From Acanthaster planci (lineage: Eukaryota): a DNA stretch of 64,000 nt. This document shows, piece after piece, positions 42,990 through 64,000 of the stretch. Under the pieces are notes generated by a model, which saw nothing but the letters and a program-made list of their open reading frames with translations, was not told the DNA's origin and made no database searches. Position 1 is the first letter of the stretch; each line of letters begins with the position of its first letter. Made by a program: the position numbers and the translations under genes. Location: positions 742,083 through 806,082 of the forward strand of contig NW_019091355.1 in NCBI RefSeq assembly GCF_001949145.1, read 5' to 3'.

Positions 42990-43622
42990 NNNNNNNNNNN
43001 NNNNNNNNNNNNNNNNNNNNNNNNNNNNNNNNNNNNNNNNNNNNNNNNNNNNNNNNNNNNNNNNNNNNNNNNNNNNNNNNNNNNNNNNNNNNNNNNNNNN
43101 NNNNNNNNNNNNNNNNNNNNNNNNNNNNNNNNNNNNNNNNNNNNNNNNNNNNNNNNNNNNNNNNNNNNNNNNNNNNNNNNNNNNNNNNNNNNNNNNNNNN
43201 NNNNNNNNNNNNNNNNNNNNNNNNNNNNNNNNNNNNNNNNNNNNNNNNNNNNNNNNNNNNNNNNNNNNNNNNNNNNNNNNNNNNNNNNNNNNNNNNNNNN
43301 NNNNNNNNNNNNNNNNNNNNNNNNNNNNNNNNNNNNNNNNNNNNNNNNNNNNNNNNNNNNNNNNNNNNNNNNNNNNNNNNNNNNNNNNNNNNNNNNNNNN
43401 NNNNNNNNNNNNNNNNNNNNNNNNNNNNNNNNNNNNNNNNNNNNNNNNNNNNNNNNNNNNNNNNNNNNNNNNNNNNNNNNNNNNNNNNNNNNNNNNNNNN
43501 NNNNNNNNNNNNNNNNNNNNNNNNNNNNNNNNNNNNNNNNNNNNNNNNNNNNNNNNNNNNNNNNNNNNNNNNNNNNNNNNNNNNNNNNNNNNNNNNNNNN
43601 NNNNNNNNNNNNNNNNNNNNNN
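42990..43622. other. Assembly gap (N run)
   Basis: 633 consecutive N. Confidence 1.
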
Positions 43623-45500
43623 GTCCCAGCTCCCCCAAATCAGTGCATGGCACAAGCGGTAATCTGTGGTTGCCATGGTGAAGGGCCCTGGTAAAATAGA
43701 CAAGACGACAAAAAGAATGAATGGATAGAGAAAAGGAAGATATTTCTGTCGTGTCAGGATGTGTGTGGCTGTCTGTTGTGATTGTGAAAAGTCCTTCAAT
43801 TTCATTAGTAGACTTTAATGCAGTGCACTTCCAAGAAAATCTGTCTGAAAGATATTTGAACAAAATGGCAAACCTAGAAAATGTGACAGAATATTTGGGG
43901 TAAAATATGCAAGATGTTGACTTGTTCATTGTCTGTGTTTGTTGGTTGGTTAATGGATGCAGTGTAATGTACACACATGGCAGGTTCATTCAGTGTTAGT
44001 TATTTAGTTCTTTGGTCATTTGGTTGCTAAATTTTTATTTGAAATCTAGCGGTATGCAATGGAAGTTTAAGCTTGGAGAAATAAACGGGTTTATCAAATG
44101 AACATTAAATTTCATCAAAGTACTTCATGCCAGTTTACATTTTCTTTCATTTGTTACTTTCCGTGTAAAAAAAAACTTTCGGACGAGGTGTTCCGTAAAA
44201 TTTAAAAGCATATTCATTGTTAGGGCCTGCATACATTTGCACTGAATATACAGGTACGAAAGATACCGCTAAGTGTCTTGCCGAAAGTTAACACATACTC
44301 AGTATTTTTATTTTTAAATTAAATGAATACTTTGCCTGGAGATCCTTACCAGTAGCCAGTGTCTTGTGTGGACCTGTCATATTCTTAGGTCGAGGAAAGC
44401 TTACATGTAAGACATTCATCTCACGTAAAATGCAAAGGAGAGGAAATCTACTCTGCTATTTAGTAGGTGCAAGTTGGGCCTTGTGTAAACAAACGTTTCC
44501 ACATCATGGACTCAAGGTGTGTATGACTAGGCGAAGAGTGACAGCAAATGAACACGTACGTGTACATGTACGTACATGTATGGCACATTGGCACATTTAC
44601 ACAGAGAGACTGTACATGTATATGCACAATGTACATTATGTTCCCATACATGATGGTGCACCCAGGCATTAGGTACCGCATTCTTACCGCAGAGATAGGG
44701 GTATTTTTAGCTCAGTCTTGGCCCCCGGGCCTAGTGCCAAATAGTTCCTGCAAACTTGAACTTCAGTGTCAATGTGCACTCTCTTAAAGGGACTGCTATG
44801 TCAGAGATGTGTGTCCGCGCATGGTCACGTATTGGCACGTATGCAGTGCATGTGCAGTTTTTTGTTGATCGACTAAAGTGATGTGTGAAATGTAATTTGT
44901 TTCTAACCTTCCCAAGTGAGTAGAGGTGTGTACTGGAACATGGTGAGTACGGGATACAGTGTACATGTGAAGTAGGATTTAAGATTCAAAAGGTTCTATC
45001 ATTGTTTCAAAGGTATGCGTAAATTCTAAAATGTACATGTACAGTTCAGTTCAGTTAGTCCTTTAATTTGTTGTAAGAGTAGCTGCCCTGTCCATGGTGT
45101 GTAGCATTCCACATTTGCTTGTCATTGCCATGTTGGGATGTGGGAGTTTTTTCCAAGGGGGACAGGAATGAGAATATTTGCAATGAGCTGCCAGTCTAGG
45201 AATCTTTACAGAGAGCAAATCTTTGCTTTGTGGTGCAGTGCACATGCACTGCACATGCATGAGCTGTATGGTCGTCATGTCTATTCATGTTAAATGCAGT
45301 CTTGTTTCACGTCACCGTATGCATCAAAAATGCCATTGAGTTTCTGCATACATTGTTGTGTTGGGTTGTGGTCAGGTTTGTTGCTAGCAACAATGTCTGG
45401 GAATTGGACTGAAAGGTTGTTTATATATGGTGATATTTTTTTCAACTAAAAATTTGTTTTGGCATCGCAGGGGTTAGAGTCCGGGGGCGAGGACAACACC

Positions 45501-62476
<16,976 letters not shown>

Positions 62477-62887
62477 TGGTCGTGGTGTTAAAGTGACTGT
62501 GTTTGTAGTTTCCCAGTTCTTTGCTTCTTGTGGTGAGACTTTTTTCCTCCATCTGTTTTTCTTGCATGCCGCAGTGCCGTTTTGTTTTGTCTGTCTTTAG
62601 TTTAGCGCGCATCCCACAAGGGTTATTTTTTGTTGCTGACCATTAACCCTGCACAAGTATGAAACAAGTGGTTCTCCATATGTCTTTGATCGGAATTTAA
62701 CTTTTGAGCTGATTTCTGCACCTTACAAAGCTAGCAACCTGTGCTACTCTTTAATGTGACCTGCCAGCATACATGTAGCTAGATTGAGTATTTATATAGC
62801 AGAGATATTTGTGACAATTGATTTGCTGCCTTTTGCCTCTGCACTTAGTTACTTCTGTCAGTAGGAAAGTCTCCGTTCCCCCATTCA

Positions 62888-62904
62888 AATAAATAAATAA
62901 ATAA
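62888..62904 (+). terminator. Candidate polyadenylation signals for exon 25a (overlapping AATAAA in an (AAAT)n run; another at ~63384)
   Basis: aataaataaataaataaa about 410 nt after the stop and upstream of exon 25b. Confidence 0.4.
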
Positions 62905-63732
62905 AGAATGCTCTAACATTTTGACACACAGCTAAATGACAGACATTTCCCTGTACGGAATAATTTTGTTGCCACACATGCCTTTTCTCAACTTATCCCA
63001 TTAACCTTCTATCTGTTGCAGTGCACTTAGTTTTTACAAATGTTTTTGCCTGCATTCATCCTCGCTGCATGTGACCAGCACGCAGAAAAACCTGCACTCT
63101 TTCAGTTTATTGTTTCGAACAGTTCTTAAAAAAACAATTGTCCTATTTCCTCAAGTTATGTTTGACAGCAAACCTGATAACCCATATCGTTCCCAAGTCA
63201 GACAATAAAACTGTGCCGTCGGTTTACTTCCTAAGAATTTGAAGGAGTCAGAAAGCTTTCTTGTTACAATGTCGAAAGAGTCAGGTGCAACTGCAAGTTG
63301 TTTATAAATGTGACATAATTCTAAGCAGTCCACACTGTGTCATGTGCTCTTCCTCCATGGGAGTTGGAGGTTTACTGTATTGAAATAAAACCTGGAAAAG
63401 TGAGACATACTTTGGAGATTCTCCGGGCGTTTTTTTGGTATAAAAATGATCGCATGGCTAAGTATTAGACCTGTGGCCATTTAAAAATGCATGCAGGCCT
63501 CACAATCCTCGTCACATCATCTCATCTCCATCATCAGACTCCTTGTTTTTCACCTCACCTCACCCACCTCCCCATTGTCACATGGTTTGTTCTCACAGAG
63601 CTATTTTCGCAGCAAGGCAGCTGCATGCTACATTGTTCACTAGTGGCAACGTAACCGTGGCAAACAGAGTCACCAAACAAGATATTACCAGTAAACACTT
63701 TGTGTTTGTTTGTTTGTTTTTTCATTGGGCAG

Positions 63733-63831
63733 CATGTCAAGAAGCATCTTAAGCTGCTCGAAGCGCTGGTCGCCAAACATCGAGTCCAGGCCTCCTCTCT
63801 ACCGGAAGAACTGGTTCTCGCTGACTTATAA
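63733..63831 (+). CDS. FAM13A: FAM13-like alternative terminal coding exon 25b (paralog of 25a)
   Basis: T-rich tract then ggcag|CAT, phase 0; HVKKHLKLLEALVAKHRVQASSLPEELVLADL* aligns without gaps with 25a over the first 16 residues. Confidence 0.75.
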   Translation, partial: HVKKHLKLLEALVAKHRVQASSLPEELVLADL

Positions 63832-64000
63832 CAGGAGCTCAGTTGCTTTCCTGTCATGGAAAGATGCTTCAGGTTTTGTGCACAGTCTGTTGAAAAATTA
63901 GCAATGTTCCATTCCACAATCAATGATGCCCTCAAGCATTGTAAAGCTTTCTGGGGATGTTTGCAAGGATTCAGAGGGTCTTGCAACTAGACTCATCTCC

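Noticed and set aside
42859..43989. 376-aa and overlapping long ORFs
   Set aside because: Artefacts of the N gap.

Overview
This is eukaryotic (metazoan) genomic DNA, not prokaryotic: GT-AG introns, two N-gaps and interspersed repeat remnants. Repeat style and gene structure suggest an invertebrate deuterostome, possibly a sea star (inference). Two divergently oriented genes are supported. (1) On the minus strand at the left end is the 5' part of a tachykinin-receptor-like rhodopsin-class GPCR (coding exons 3180-2594 and 585-435); the TM6/TM7 exons lie beyond the left edge. (2) On the plus strand is a FAM13A/B-like RhoGAP gene, which I reconstructed by hand as 25 phase-consistent coding exons (45501-62476, 3645 nt, 1214 aa). 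It also has a second, paralogous last exon (63733-63831). Between the genes is ~42 kb with no convincing coding exon, containing LINE/MITE/SINE remnants and an apparent CpG-rich to CpG-poor transition near 28-30 kb. The most interesting observations are: a capping-protein-interaction (CPI)-like motif split over two small FAM13 exons; the duplicated alternative last exons; a 12-copy SP(R/K)xx pentapeptide array; a palindromic Penelope/hammerhead-like relic next to a RhoGAP splice acceptor; and absence of the DRY intron in the receptor. No CRISPR array, rRNA, intact tRNA or prokaryotic-type system was found.
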